Below, piece after piece: positions 8,901-18,300 of a DNA stretch of 64,000 nt. Position numbers and translations under genes: made by a program. The notes below the pieces were generated by a model. The model worked only from the letters and a program-made list of their open reading frames with translations. It was not told where the DNA came from and made no database searches. The stretch is from NCBI GenBank assembly GCA_020848545.1, contig JADLHZ010000148.1, positions 492 to 64,491 on the forward strand, written 5' to 3'. Positions within the stretch are counted from its first letter, which is position 1. Each line of letters begins with the position of its first letter. The stretch is from Deltaproteobacteria bacterium (GTDB lineage: Bacteria > Myxococcota > JADLHZ01).

Positions 8901-10088
8901 TCAGGCTCGCACGAGCGAGTTGACGACGTAGTGATAGTCCATCGTCGCGTACTTCGGCATCACCATCTCGGCGGTCGCGAGCGCGGTGCCCTGCGCATCG
9001 GGTAACGCCGGTGGTGAATTCGCGATCGGCGCGCCGCGAGGATCCCTGAACACGATGAGCCCGTTCGCGTCGCGCTTTACCGCGTAGCCGTGCTCATGAA
9101 CGAAGCCATGATGCCGGCGACACAGACTCACGAGGTTCTCCAACGTCGTCGCGCCGCCTTTACTCCAGTGCTCTACGTGGTGACCGTCGGTGAACGTGTT
9201 CGTGCAACCAGGGAAACGGCACGTGCCGTCTCGTTCTTTGAGCTTCCGGCGCAGCGGCGTCGAGATCACACGTGTCTTGCGACCGGTGTCGACCACGTTG
9301 CCGTCCTTGTCGTGCGTCATCGTGACGACGCTCGCGTCGCAAGCGAGGCGGCGCGAGACTTCCGCGGAAACGCCGACGCCTTCGATCTCGGCGCGGCCGT
9401 CCAACACGTCGTGCGCGAGCACTTCGGCGTCGACGTGCACGACGACCTGCACGCGATCGGCGCTCGAAGCGTCGCCGCGCGCGCCAGACAACGCTTCCTC
9501 GGAAACGTGCACGAGCGCGTCGGCGAGGCGCTTGCCTGCGGGCATCCGCTCCTTCGGCGACGGCGCGGCTTCGAGCATCTTCATGATCATCGCGCCTTCG
9601 TCGGGAAGGAAGCGCCCCTGCATCACGAACATGCCGTCGTCGTCGAAGAAGCAGGTGAGGCCGCGTGATTCCTCGCGCTTCTCCGCTGATGCGAGCGTTT
9701 CGACGCGCCGCACGCCGCGCACGACTTTCTCGAGCGCTGCCGCCGAGATGTCCTTTGCGACCGCGAGCAGCTCCTCCTCTTTCTCCGGCGTCGCGATTCG
9801 CGTCAGCGCGCGGACTTTCGAATAGGAGAGAGCGCCAGAGGCAAACGCCGCGTCGATCAACGGCAGCTTCGCGATCGCATGCGCGACCCGAACCTTCTCG
9901 CGCGCGGCGGGCAACGAGAGGCTGAGGCGATAGTTCAAGTAGTGCGCAGTCGACAGGTACGCCATCGACGCGAACACTTCGCGCTCGTCGAACTCGCGTA
10001 TCTTCACGAGCAGCCGATGCGTGATCGCCGTGAGCTCGGCACCGAGGGCAGCAATCTCCAAATCCAACGCGTCTGTTTCTTCGCTCAT
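8901..10088 (-). CDS. HNH endonuclease with an N-terminal DUF222-type domain
   Basis: C-terminal 'CRFPGCTNTFTDGHHVEHWSKGGATTLENLVSLCRRHHGFVH' (HNH). The N-terminal region resembles DUF222 ('AAFASGALSYSKVRALTRI'). Start trimmed to ATG 10088. Confidence 0.8.
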   Translation of the reverse strand: MSEETDALDLEIAALGAELTAITHRLLVKIREFDEREVFASMAYLSTAHYLNYRLSLSLPAAREKVRVAHAIAKLPLIDAAFASGALSYSKVRALTRIATPEKEEELLAVAKDISAAALEKVVRGVRRVETLASAEKREESRGLTCFFDDDGMFVMQGRFLPDEGAMIMKMLEAAPSPKERMPAGKRLADALVHVSEEALSGARGDASSADRVQVVVHVDAEVLAHDVLDGRAEIEGVGVSAEVSRRLACDASVVTMTHDKDGNVVDTGRKTRVISTPLRRKLKERDGTCRFPGCTNTFTDGHHVEHWSKGGATTLENLVSLCRRHHGFVHEHGYAVKRDANGLIVFRDPRGAPIANSPPALPDAQGTALATAEMVMPKYATMDYHYVVNSLVRA

Positions 10089-10273
10089 GACCACGCTTCT
10101 ACCATGCACTTTTTCGACGCAGCCCGAGGCGCGCTGCGCGGCGCAAAGCGATCGATCCACGAAAAATCTCTCACGCTCGCGGCGCGTGTCGTGTGCGCAG
10201 CCCTTGGCTCGGCAAGCGCCTTCGCTCACGCGATTCCGCGACACAACGCTGCGACGGTGCAAAAACGCGTCAA

Positions 10274-11965
10274 CTAACCGGCTACTTTTCCCGAGGTTTT
10301 TCCGTCTAGAAGCGTACGAATTTCGCTTTGAAGACGGACGAGACGCTTCGAGAGTCGGCGCACAGAGCGCTGGTGCGAGTCGCTTTCGTGTGCGAGGTCG
10401 TTGTGGATCCAAGCGATGACGTCCGTGATCGCCTTGATCGGATCGAAGCACCGATCGGTCTGTCTGTTGCTCGATGGCGCGACGTAGCGTTGGCCGATCT
10501 TCTCCATTGCGGCGAAGTACTCGCGGCCGGTTTGCTCCTGTGTGACGGCGGCGTAGCGCAGGGTCATGTGCATGCTGTGGTGACCGAGCAGCTTCATGAT
10601 GCCAACGAGGCTCATACCGGCGCCGAGCAGCTCGGTGGCATAGGTGTGTCGCAGGCGGTGGCTGGTGATCGGCTTGCTGTCGGCGAGGCCGTCGGTCGCG
10701 ACAGACAGCGCCTGTTTGACGCGATGGTATTGGATGGGCTGACCGTCGGCTGTTTGGAGAAGGCGTGCGCGAGGAGAAGGAAGCGCGGCCTTGATCGAGG
10801 AGTAGAGCGCGAAGGTGCTCTCGTTGAGCGGAACGAGCCGCTCTTTGTCGAGCTTTCCCAGCGGGACTTTGAGGAAGCGATTGCCGAAAGGATCGACGCG
10901 CACGCAGTCCTCTTCGAGTGCGAGGAGCTCACCGATGCGAAGGCCGGTCTGGCGCATCAAGCAGAGACCGCGCCAGAGCGGATCGGCGGACTCGAGAAGA
11001 CGCCGCTGAAGCTCGCGGTCGAGGAGGGGCGGCAGCGGGCGCGGCAAGAATTGCGGGAGCCGAGGGAGATCCGATGCGCGAATGAGCAGGTCGGGATCGG
11101 CATTCAGCTCACCGCGCTCGGCGAGCCAACGCAGGTAGGCACGCACAGCGAGGATGAGATGAACGCGAGTGCCGGGTAGAAGCTTCCGATCGCTGAGGAA
11201 CATGAGCCATTGCTCGATGTCGCTTCGGGTCAGCCGTCGAAGACGCAGCCTGGAGTCTAAGAGCCAGTCGTGAAACTGGCGGAGCGAGGAGCCGTGTCGC
11301 GCACAACTCGAAGCTCTCAGCGTTGTCGCGCGGGTGCGGATGAACGCGGCGGCGGAGTCCGGAAGCGGCGCGCCGCGCAGCTTTCTGCCGAGACCGATCT
11401 CGGCCGGATCGAATTGGAGCCGGCCGCCGTCGTAGAGCCAAACGAGGTAGCCGCTGAGCGCACGACGATAGGGTCGAGCGTGGCGCGGCACGAGGACCTT
11501 ACGAAATGGCTGCTCGAAGAAGCGCTGCACCTCGGCGGCCGTGACCGCGGTGATCGCGATGTGTTTGGCATCGAGCCAGGCATGAAAGCGCAGCAAGTAC
11601 GGCGCGGCGCTCTCGCAGCCGACCCTGCTCAGATAGCCGCGTGCGCACGGCGGTAGTTGGCGAACGGGCTTGCGCAGGCGAATGGCGCCGTAGCCGGCGT
11701 CGGAGGGATCGAAGTTGAGCAGGCCAATTCGCCGAAGCCAGAGAAGATAGTCGCTCAGAACACGACGATAGTAGTAGCCACCGCCCGATTGGTTGCGAAA
11801 CCGTTCGATGGCAAAGCGGCGCAAGTCTTCGGCCGTGAGCGTCACGAGGCTCAGCTCGTTTTCGGTGAGCCAGGTGTGCAAACGAATGATCGCGCGCTCC
11901 GATCCTTGGGCGGCAGGACGTTCGAGATAGGGACGAGCCACGTCTGGTGGCGACTGCCGGCTCAC
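10274..11965 (-). CDS. Tyrosine recombinase (large, Tn554 TnpB-like size) with three tandem N-terminal SAM-like domains
   Basis: Catalytic signature 'RIGELLAL', 'HRLRHTYATELL' and 'LLGHHSMHMTLRYAAV'. There are three ~75-aa N-terminal repeats. Many A/T-ending codons. Its start overlaps the upstream recombinase stop by 4 nt. Confidence 0.85.
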   Translation of the reverse strand: MSRQSPPDVARPYLERPAAQGSERAIIRLHTWLTENELSLVTLTAEDLRRFAIERFRNQSGGGYYYRRVLSDYLLWLRRIGLLNFDPSDAGYGAIRLRKPVRQLPPCARGYLSRVGCESAAPYLLRFHAWLDAKHIAITAVTAAEVQRFFEQPFRKVLVPRHARPYRRALSGYLVWLYDGGRLQFDPAEIGLGRKLRGAPLPDSAAAFIRTRATTLRASSCARHGSSLRQFHDWLLDSRLRLRRLTRSDIEQWLMFLSDRKLLPGTRVHLILAVRAYLRWLAERGELNADPDLLIRASDLPRLPQFLPRPLPPLLDRELQRRLLESADPLWRGLCLMRQTGLRIGELLALEEDCVRVDPFGNRFLKVPLGKLDKERLVPLNESTFALYSSIKAALPSPRARLLQTADGQPIQYHRVKQALSVATDGLADSKPITSHRLRHTYATELLGAGMSLVGIMKLLGHHSMHMTLRYAAVTQEQTGREYFAAMEKIGQRYVAPSSNRQTDRCFDPIKAITDVIAWIHNDLAHESDSHQRSVRRLSKRLVRLQSEIRTLLDGKTSGKVAG

Positions 11966-13089
11966 GACGACTGCTCGTAGCGTCGCTCGATGACCGCGAG
12001 CGCCTTCGTGTATTCAGCGGCGACGTCAGCGAGCGAAAGGTTGATGTACTGGAGCGTGGTCTGAGGCTCGGCGTGACCGAGCATCCGCTGGAGCACGACG
12101 AGCCCGACGCCGGCGCGAGCCATGTCAGCGCCGAAGGTGTGGCGAAAGCGATGCGCGTTGGCGTTGCGCACTTGCTCGCGTGTTCGACGCCGATGTCGAA
12201 ACAGGCTGCGAAGACCGACGAGCGTCAGCGGCGAGCCCCGCCGGCGGCCTTGCAGGATCACGAACAAGAACGGCGCCGTCGTGTTGTGCGGGCGCTCGAG
12301 CCGCAAATAATCAGACAAGGCAGCGCGCAAGGGAGTCGGCACAGGAAGGAGTCGCTCACGACTGCCCTTGCCGAAGACCCGCACCTCGCCTCGTTGCCAA
12401 TCGATGTCCGACAGCTTCATCGACACGACCTCGAGCGAGCGCAGCCCGCAGAACAGCATGAGGTAGACGATGGCGAGATCGCGGTAGCGCTTGAGGCTTC
12501 GCAAGAACGCGCGCACTTGCTCCGCGGTCAGTGGCTCGACGAGCTTTCTCGGCGCCTTGACGCGGACGCGCTTGCGCGGGCGCCGGTAGAGACGGAACAA
12601 GCCGAGCGAGCGATCGCGGCCGGGTCCGCGATAGTGCGCCGACTCGGCAATCCCGGCGGTCGACAGATCGTTGCCGGTGACGAAGCGGTAGAAAAGCGCG
12701 CACGTGCTGAGTCTGCGATTGATCGAGCGTGGTGCTGCGTTCTGTCGCTGCTGCCACGCGATGCAATCGATCAGTGAGGCAGCCGTCAGCGTCGCGATCG
12801 TGAGCTGTCCGTGCTCGAGCCAGCGCAGCAGCACGAGCAGGTCGTAAGCGTAGGCGCGATTGGTTGCCGGCGAGAGACCGCGCACGCGCACGCTTTCCAA
12901 GAAGCGGTTCGCGTCGCGCACGCTGTCCTCGGCGTCGGCGCGCAGCTCGTAACCGCCGCTCGGCGCTCGCTCAACGCGCATTGCTAGCGGCGATCTCGAA
13001 GCGAATTGACAGGTGGGCCGCGGCTGGAGCGGCGGCCTCTCTTGCCCAGAATTCGAGCCACGACCATGGGGCGCCGGCAGGCAAGACAA
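11962..13089 (-). CDS. Tyrosine recombinase (small, Tn554 TnpA-like size)
   Basis: 'GLRSLEVVSMKLSDID', 'HRFRHTFGADMARAG' and 'MLGHAEPQTTLQYINL'. The true start is probably ATG 12981 ('MRVERAPSGGY'). Confidence 0.85.
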   Translation of the reverse strand: MSCLPAPHGRGSNSGQERPPLQPRPTCQFASRSPLAMRVERAPSGGYELRADAEDSVRDANRFLESVRVRGLSPATNRAYAYDLLVLLRWLEHGQLTIATLTAASLIDCIAWQQRQNAAPRSINRRLSTCALFYRFVTGNDLSTAGIAESAHYRGPGRDRSLGLFRLYRRPRKRVRVKAPRKLVEPLTAEQVRAFLRSLKRYRDLAIVYLMLFCGLRSLEVVSMKLSDIDWQRGEVRVFGKGSRERLLPVPTPLRAALSDYLRLERPHNTTAPFLFVILQGRRRGSPLTLVGLRSLFRHRRRTREQVRNANAHRFRHTFGADMARAGVGLVVLQRMLGHAEPQTTLQYINLSLADVAAEYTKALAVIERRYEQSS

Positions 13090-13237
13090 CGCACAAGCGA
13101 TGGCGCCGTTGCAGCAAACGCATCAGCGCGCGCACGTCGTTCGGACGATGACGCAAGAACAACACGCGTCCGTAGAGGCGAAGCGCTGTCTCTTTCTCTG
13201 TCCGGCCGACCAGTGGCTTCAGTAGCAACTCTCTCAT
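12971..13237 (-). CDS. Small hypothetical ORF (88 aa) upstream of the recombinases
   Basis: ATG at 13237. Its stop overlaps the ATG 12981 start of the recombinase by 11 nt. Codon usage is lower in GC3, like the recombinases. No motif recognised. Confidence 0.3.
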   Translation of the reverse strand: MRELLLKPLVGRTEKETALRLYGRVLFLRHRPNDVRALMRLLQRRHRLCVVLPAGAPWSWLEFWAREAAAPAAAHLSIRFEIAASNAR

Positions 13238-13364
13238 CGCGGTCCTTCTCCGATGTTGGCGACGGGTCTTCTGCTCGCGTCGACAAGTTCTCGGAACCCT
13301 GATCCGCCACGCGTGTCGCGGCACGGCGGCGCCGCTCGGCATCACGATGATCGAGCCGGCCTTC

Positions 13365-13529
13365 CTACGAGCAGCGATGCTTCAGGCGTGCGCGCTTGAT
13401 GCTTTCTCGCCGAGCGCGCTCTCGGCACGGCGCTCCGCAGTAGCGTTGACCACGATCGCAGCGCGAACAGACGAGTCCCTCGTTGCCGCACTCGGGGCAC
13501 ACGAAGCGCCGGCCTTCGCGTCCGTCCAT
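13365..13529 (-). CDS. Mini zinc-ribbon protein (54 aa), below the ORF-track length cutoff
   Basis: Hand translation: MDGREGRRFVCPECGNEGLVCSRCDRGQRYCGAPCRERARRESIKRARLKHRCS. It has CxxC...CxxC plus two further Cys and a basic tail. The SD is weak. Confidence 0.35.
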   Translation of the reverse strand: MDGREGRRFVCPECGNEGLVCSRCDRGQRYCGAPCRERARRESIKRARLKHRCS

Positions 13530-13924
13530 CGAAAACTCGACGGCGTGCCTCGGCGCATGCGAGCTTGCCTTCGCTCACAGGTTCACAATTCGCCTCGAGC
13601 CAGAGGGCCGGAAGTTGCTAGCTTCGCGGCCCTCACCTTTTTCGCCTGCTGCAACGATAGAAGCGGACGTTCACTCGAAGCGAACTCTCGGCTTCATGAA
13701 AACGATGTTGACGCCTTCGGCGTCGCGGTCATTGGGCCGGCTGTCGCCGTCCGGGGCCAGCGCGACGAGAGCCGTGCGAAGCTCTCGCGCTGGCCCGGTG
13801 CCATGTACGGACTCACTTGATTGGCCGGTTAGATCTCAAGAGGCGAAGTCGAAAAAATCAAAAACACCCAGAAACATCGCACGAAACCGCAGCCATGCTT
13901 CCTCGGAAACGTCCGCTCGCCCGC

Positions 13925-14190
13925 CGCAAGCGAAGCTGAGCGACAGCGGCGCCGGGCGAGCCCCGCCCAGACGCCCCGAGCGCTGCGGCTGGGCGGGAGA
14001 GCGAGCCCGAAGCGCCGCGGCTCAGCATGTGCATCTGGCGTGACGGGCGCAGTTTGCCCGGCACGACGGATGCGCGCAGGCCCGTTCGAAGCCGCAGACG
14101 CCGCGCCCGGCCGCGACGACGGCGACCGCCGTACGATCGACGCACCGGCCGTGTGCCCCCACCCCCAACTCCTCGCTCCGCTTTTCGCCT
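13925..14190 (-). repeat. Copy B of the ~265-bp repeat (right inverted repeat)
   Basis: Reverse complement aligns to 8573-8833. The hairpin sits at the equivalent position (13962-13997) but with a different 9-bp stem sequence. Confidence 0.75.
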
Positions 14191-14207
14191 GCGAGACGCG
14201 CCGCCGC

Positions 14208-14534
14208 TCAGTCTTCAATCGAAAAGCGCACGTTACTGATCCGCTCCGATCCACACACCGGACACTTCCCGGGCGTCGTCAGCTTATCCCGCTTCTTGAA
14301 GCTGAAATCACAGTCGAGACACCGCGCCGGCTCGACGGCGACCTTCACGCCCTTCGCCTTCCCGCTCTTGATCAAGTGCTCCAAGTGCTCGGCGGCATCG
14401 CGCTCGCGGATCTTCGCACCCGTCGCCAACTCGAGCAGCGTCTTCGGCGCGCCGCCGCCGCGGAGGAGATCTTCGAGCAGCTGCCGCACGGTCTGCTTGC
14501 GTTCCTTCGGTACGGGCGCCGCTTTCACGGGCAT
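14208..14534 (-). CDS. Transcriptional regulator, winged HTH fused to a C-terminal Zn-ribbon (COG3357-like)
   Basis: 'AAEHLEHLIKSGKAKGVKVAVEPARCLDCDFSFKKRDKLTTPGKCPVCGSERI' matches the HTH-Zn-ribbon regulator pattern. The start at ATG 14534 overlaps the upstream gene by 10 nt. Confidence 0.7.
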   Translation of the reverse strand: MPVKAAPVPKERKQTVRQLLEDLLRGGGAPKTLLELATGAKIRERDAAEHLEHLIKSGKAKGVKVAVEPARCLDCDFSFKKRDKLTTPGKCPVCGSERISNVRFSIED

Positions 14535-15325
14535 TCTCCCTTCGCGAGCGCCTCGATCCGCCGCTTGAGCTCCGCGTCGCCGACGCCGGACGTCACCGAC
14601 GCTACCAACGCGGAGAACAGCTTCACTTCGAGATCGGCCTTCGCTTTCGAGAAGATGCCGCAGAGCGCCCGTTCGGTGCGCAGATTCTCCTCGCGCACGC
14701 CGGCGAGCGCCTCGGGCTCGGCGGCGGCGATCGCCAGGGCGGCGATCTTCGCGCGGGTCTTTTGCATCGTCGCGATCTCCGCTGTCGCCCGATCGACCCA
14801 GGGCGCGATCACCGTGTCGGCGTTCAGCTGCCAGTAGCGTCGCTCGATCGCCTCTTCGATCCCCATCGCCAGGTACCACGCGGGGATCTCGTCGCGCACT
14901 TCCATCTGCGCCAGCCGCTCGACGACGTCCTTGTCCTTCGTCGTCGCCAGCAGCTCCAGCAAGCGCAGCGCCGCCTTCCGCCGCACGCCTTCGTCTTCCG
15001 CCAGCGACCAGGCGACGGCGCGCAGCGAGACCAGATCTTCCTCGCGCCCGAGCTCCTTCAGCTTACCTTCGCGCTTCTCGACTTGCCGGCAGTACGTCTC
15101 GCGCGCGTGGCCAATCTGATATTCGTCGTTCATCGCCGACAGCGTGTCTGCGCCGCGCCGCTGCATCGAGTAGTCACCGCTCGCCATCGCTTCCGAGAGC
15201 AGCTTGCACGCGTCCTCGATCGGCAGTGTCTTCGCTTCCTTCAAGAGGACATCCGGCGACTTGATGACGCGCTCGTTCGTCGCTGCGCACGCCGTCACGA
15301 GAAGCAACCACCAGGCGCGCGTCAT
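14525..15325 (-). CDS. Helical lipoprotein, function unknown
   Basis: ATGA overlap with the stop of the giant gene (15322-15325). Lipobox 'LLLVTAC'. 266 aa, Glu/Ala/Leu/Arg-rich. Confidence 0.65.
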   Translation of the reverse strand: MTRAWWLLLVTACAATNERVIKSPDVLLKEAKTLPIEDACKLLSEAMASGDYSMQRRGADTLSAMNDEYQIGHARETYCRQVEKREGKLKELGREEDLVSLRAVAWSLAEDEGVRRKAALRLLELLATTKDKDVVERLAQMEVRDEIPAWYLAMGIEEAIERRYWQLNADTVIAPWVDRATAEIATMQKTRAKIAALAIAAAEPEALAGVREENLRTERALCGIFSKAKADLEVKLFSALVASVTSGVGDAELKRRIEALAKGECP

Positions 15326-18300
15326 CGCTTCAACGTCAAGCCGAGCGCCTGGCGCACGCTCGCGTAAGTGTCGCTCACCGCGAACGAGATGAGATCCATG
15401 AGGTCCGGCCGTGCCTGGATCGCCGCGATCCGTTGCGGACCGCGCGCCGGCAGCGCCGTCGTGCGCACGTGGCCGACTTGCTTCGTCGCGCTGAACGCCT
15501 GCGCCAAGTCGCCGCACATGAGGAGCGCCCAGCGATCGGCGGTGCGCTCGCCGCTCTTCACCCACGCGTCGATGTCCGCGTGCAGCGCCGGCGACGCGTA
15601 GTTGTGCGCCGCAAAGCTCGCGGCCACCTGCGCGTGCCCCGCCCACGTGTCTTCCGGCGTCACCGCCCGGAAGCGCTCGATGACGAAGCTCGCGCGATCT
15701 TCCGGCACGCCCGGCACCGGCAGGCTCGGCACGAAGCGCTTGCACAAGAGGCCGAGCAGCGTCGCCAAGTCCGCCGTCGGCAAGCGGCTCGGCAGCAAGT
15801 GGCCGAGCGCCAAGAACGCGAGCGCGCGGCAGACGACGAAGTGGGTCGCGCGCGGCGGCATGTCCGGCGTGTCTTGGCTGACGATGAGCCGCGCCGGCGC
15901 ACCGGGCTCGATGATCGCGTCACGGCCTCCGACCTTGGCGCGGTAGCTCAAGACCTCGAGCGCGCGGCCGCCCATCCGTTGCATCAAGAGCGCGAGGCGA
16001 CGGCCGAAGCCTTGGTCGAGCTGCACGAGGTCCTGCTCGCCGAGGCCCATGCGCGCGATGTCGGTGGCGTAGAGCATCTCGGCCTGCGCGGCGACCGGCC
16101 CGAAGAATTGTTGCAACGGCGTGAGCAAGCCGGCGTCGGCGATCTGGCCGAGCTCGTTCTTGCCCAGCCCGCGCGGCGGCAGCTCGGTGAGCACACGGTG
16201 CGCGGCGGTGACGAAGCGCTCGGCTTCCTCGTCGGCCGGATCGAGCGCGCGCAGCACGTCGTAAAAGAGGAAGGTGCGATCGACGTCCTGCTCTTGCCCG
16301 TAGAGGCGCGCGAGCAAGCGGTAGGGCTCGGGATCGGTCGGAGTGCGTTGCTGCAGCTCTTTGTAGAGCGCGATCGCTTCTTGCGTCTTGCCCTTTTGCG
16401 GCGCCAGGATGGCCGCGAGGGCATTGATCGGCGCGACGGCGGCCGGATCGGTGCTCTTGGCGAGACGGAAGTAGCGCTCGGCGCGCCCCGGATCGTTCAG
16501 GCGGTCGCGGGCGATGACGCCGAGGCGCACGTAGTCGTCCGCGTGCGCTTGCACGTGGGCGAGACGCTCTTCCTCCCACTCCAGGCGCTCGACGTGCTTT
16601 CCGGCGGCCTCGGCCGCGGCGATGGCGCGTTCGATCGCGTCGACGGGCAGCGCCTCGGTGCTGGCGGCGAGCTGATAAAACTCCATCACCCGCGCGGCGT
16701 CCGTGCGCGTGCGCTCTGCGGCCTCGGCGAGCGTCAAATAGAACGACTGCGCGCGCTTCTTCTGCGGCTCGACGATGACCAGCCGCTCGCCGACCATGAG
16801 CAAGCGCTCGGCGTCGCCGCCGGTCCGGTAGAGCTCGAAGAGCTGATCGAGCACGGCGATCGATTGCGGGTTCAGGTTGAACGCCGCTTCGAGCTGGCGC
16901 TGCGCTTCCTCCTGCTTGCCGAGCGTGCGCGCGAGCTCGCCGGCGGCTTGCAACGCCAGCGCGCGCTCTTGATCGTTCGCGGCGTGCGTTGCCTGAGCCG
17001 TCGTCCACAGGTGCGCGCTCTCGAGATCGCTGCGCGCGAGCGTCAACGCTGCGAGCCGCGCGTAGACCGCCGGATCGGTGACGCCGTCCGAGTGCAAGGC
17101 GGCGAGGAAGCGTTCTTCAGCGGCGCGGATGTTCGCGGCCGCGGCGTGGAACGCGCCGGCGCGATAGCGATCGAGCGAGTCGACGGGGCCGCCGCTGTCG
17201 ATCCGGTCGAGCAGCATGCGCACGACGGCGGGGTGGTTCTCGGCCTTCGCTTCGAGATCGAAGAGCGCCCAGAACGCGTCGTCGCTCCCAGCGATGAGCG
17301 GCGTGAGGAGCGAGCGCGCCTTCGTCAGATCGCCGGCGCCAATGAGCGCCTTGGCTGCGTTGACGATCCACGTGGGATCCTCGCCGGCGCCGAGCGTCGC
17401 GAGATCGTCGAGGTACGCCTTCGCTTCTTCGGAGCGCCCCGTCTCGATGAGTAAGCGCGCGCGCAGCCGTCGCGCGTCTTTGTGATCGGGCTGCAGCTTG
17501 AGGCAGGCCTCCAAGCAATCGTCCGCCCGCACGAGGTCTTTCGTCTTCTCGAGCCACAGCTTGGCCATCGCGAAGTAGGCGCGCGCACGGGTCTCGGTCC
17601 CCGCGTCGCTCTCGGCGATGCGCAAGTACACGGCCGAGAGCAGCGGGTCGTCGCCGCGGCGCTCGGCGAGGTCGGCGATGTGCACCAGCACCTTCTCGTC
17701 CAGGTCGAGCTTGTCGGTGAGCGCTTCGCGGTAGAGGGCGTAGGCGCGATCGGCCTCGTCGGCGTTCTCGAGGATCGTCGCGGCTTCGCACATCGCCTGG
17801 CCGCGCTTCTCCGGCGCCGCGCGCGAGAGCAGACCTTCGACGAGGAGGTCCACCTGCTTGCGCTCCGAGAGCGCGCGCTCGATGCGGCCACGTTCCTCCG
17901 GCGTCTTGGCCGCGTCGAACATGCGCAGGGCGAGATCGCGCGCGTCGTTCGTGTGTCCGGCGTCAATCAGGGCCCCGAGCGCGCTGAGCTGATCGTCAGC
18001 GCCGAGCTTGCCCGTCTCGATCAGGCGTCGCGTCAGCGCCACGCGCATGCTCGGATCGCCGCTGCGGTCGACGAGCGCCTGCGCCCGCTTCATCAAGAGG
18101 TTCTTGCTGTCCTCGCGCTCCTCGGCGTCGATCAACGCGAAGAGCTCGTCGAGCGCCGCTTGCAGTTGGCCAGCCCGCTCGAGCCACTCGATCAAGCGCA
18201 CGCGATCGTCGCGGGTCTTCGGGCCTTGCGCGAGCGCCTCGCGAAAGAGCGCCGCGGCTTGCGCGTAGTCGGCCTTGCTGTCGGCGACGATCTCGGCGGC

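Larger units (their letters stand above)
8573..14190 (-). mobile_element. Putative ~5.6-kb integrative/transposable element with two tyrosine recombinases, beside tRNA-Cys
   Basis: Long inverted repeats bracket HNH, recombinase, recombinase and mini-ORF genes. Codon usage has visibly lower GC3 than the flanking genes. About 680 nt of noncoding DNA lies on each side. It sits 360 nt from a tRNA gene. Confidence 0.55.

Noticed and set aside
8198-14252. The tRNA-Cys 3' end ATCCGCTCCGA (8198-8208) recurs at 14239-14249, and CCGCTCCGATCC recurs at 8402-8413 and 14241-14252. Considered as attL/attR.
   Set aside because: Matches of 11-12 nt are expected by chance at this sequence length. The right-hand copy lies inside the conserved 'CGSERI' Zn-ribbon motif of the regulator gene, whose C-terminus looks intact. 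It is therefore unlikely to be an insertion junction.
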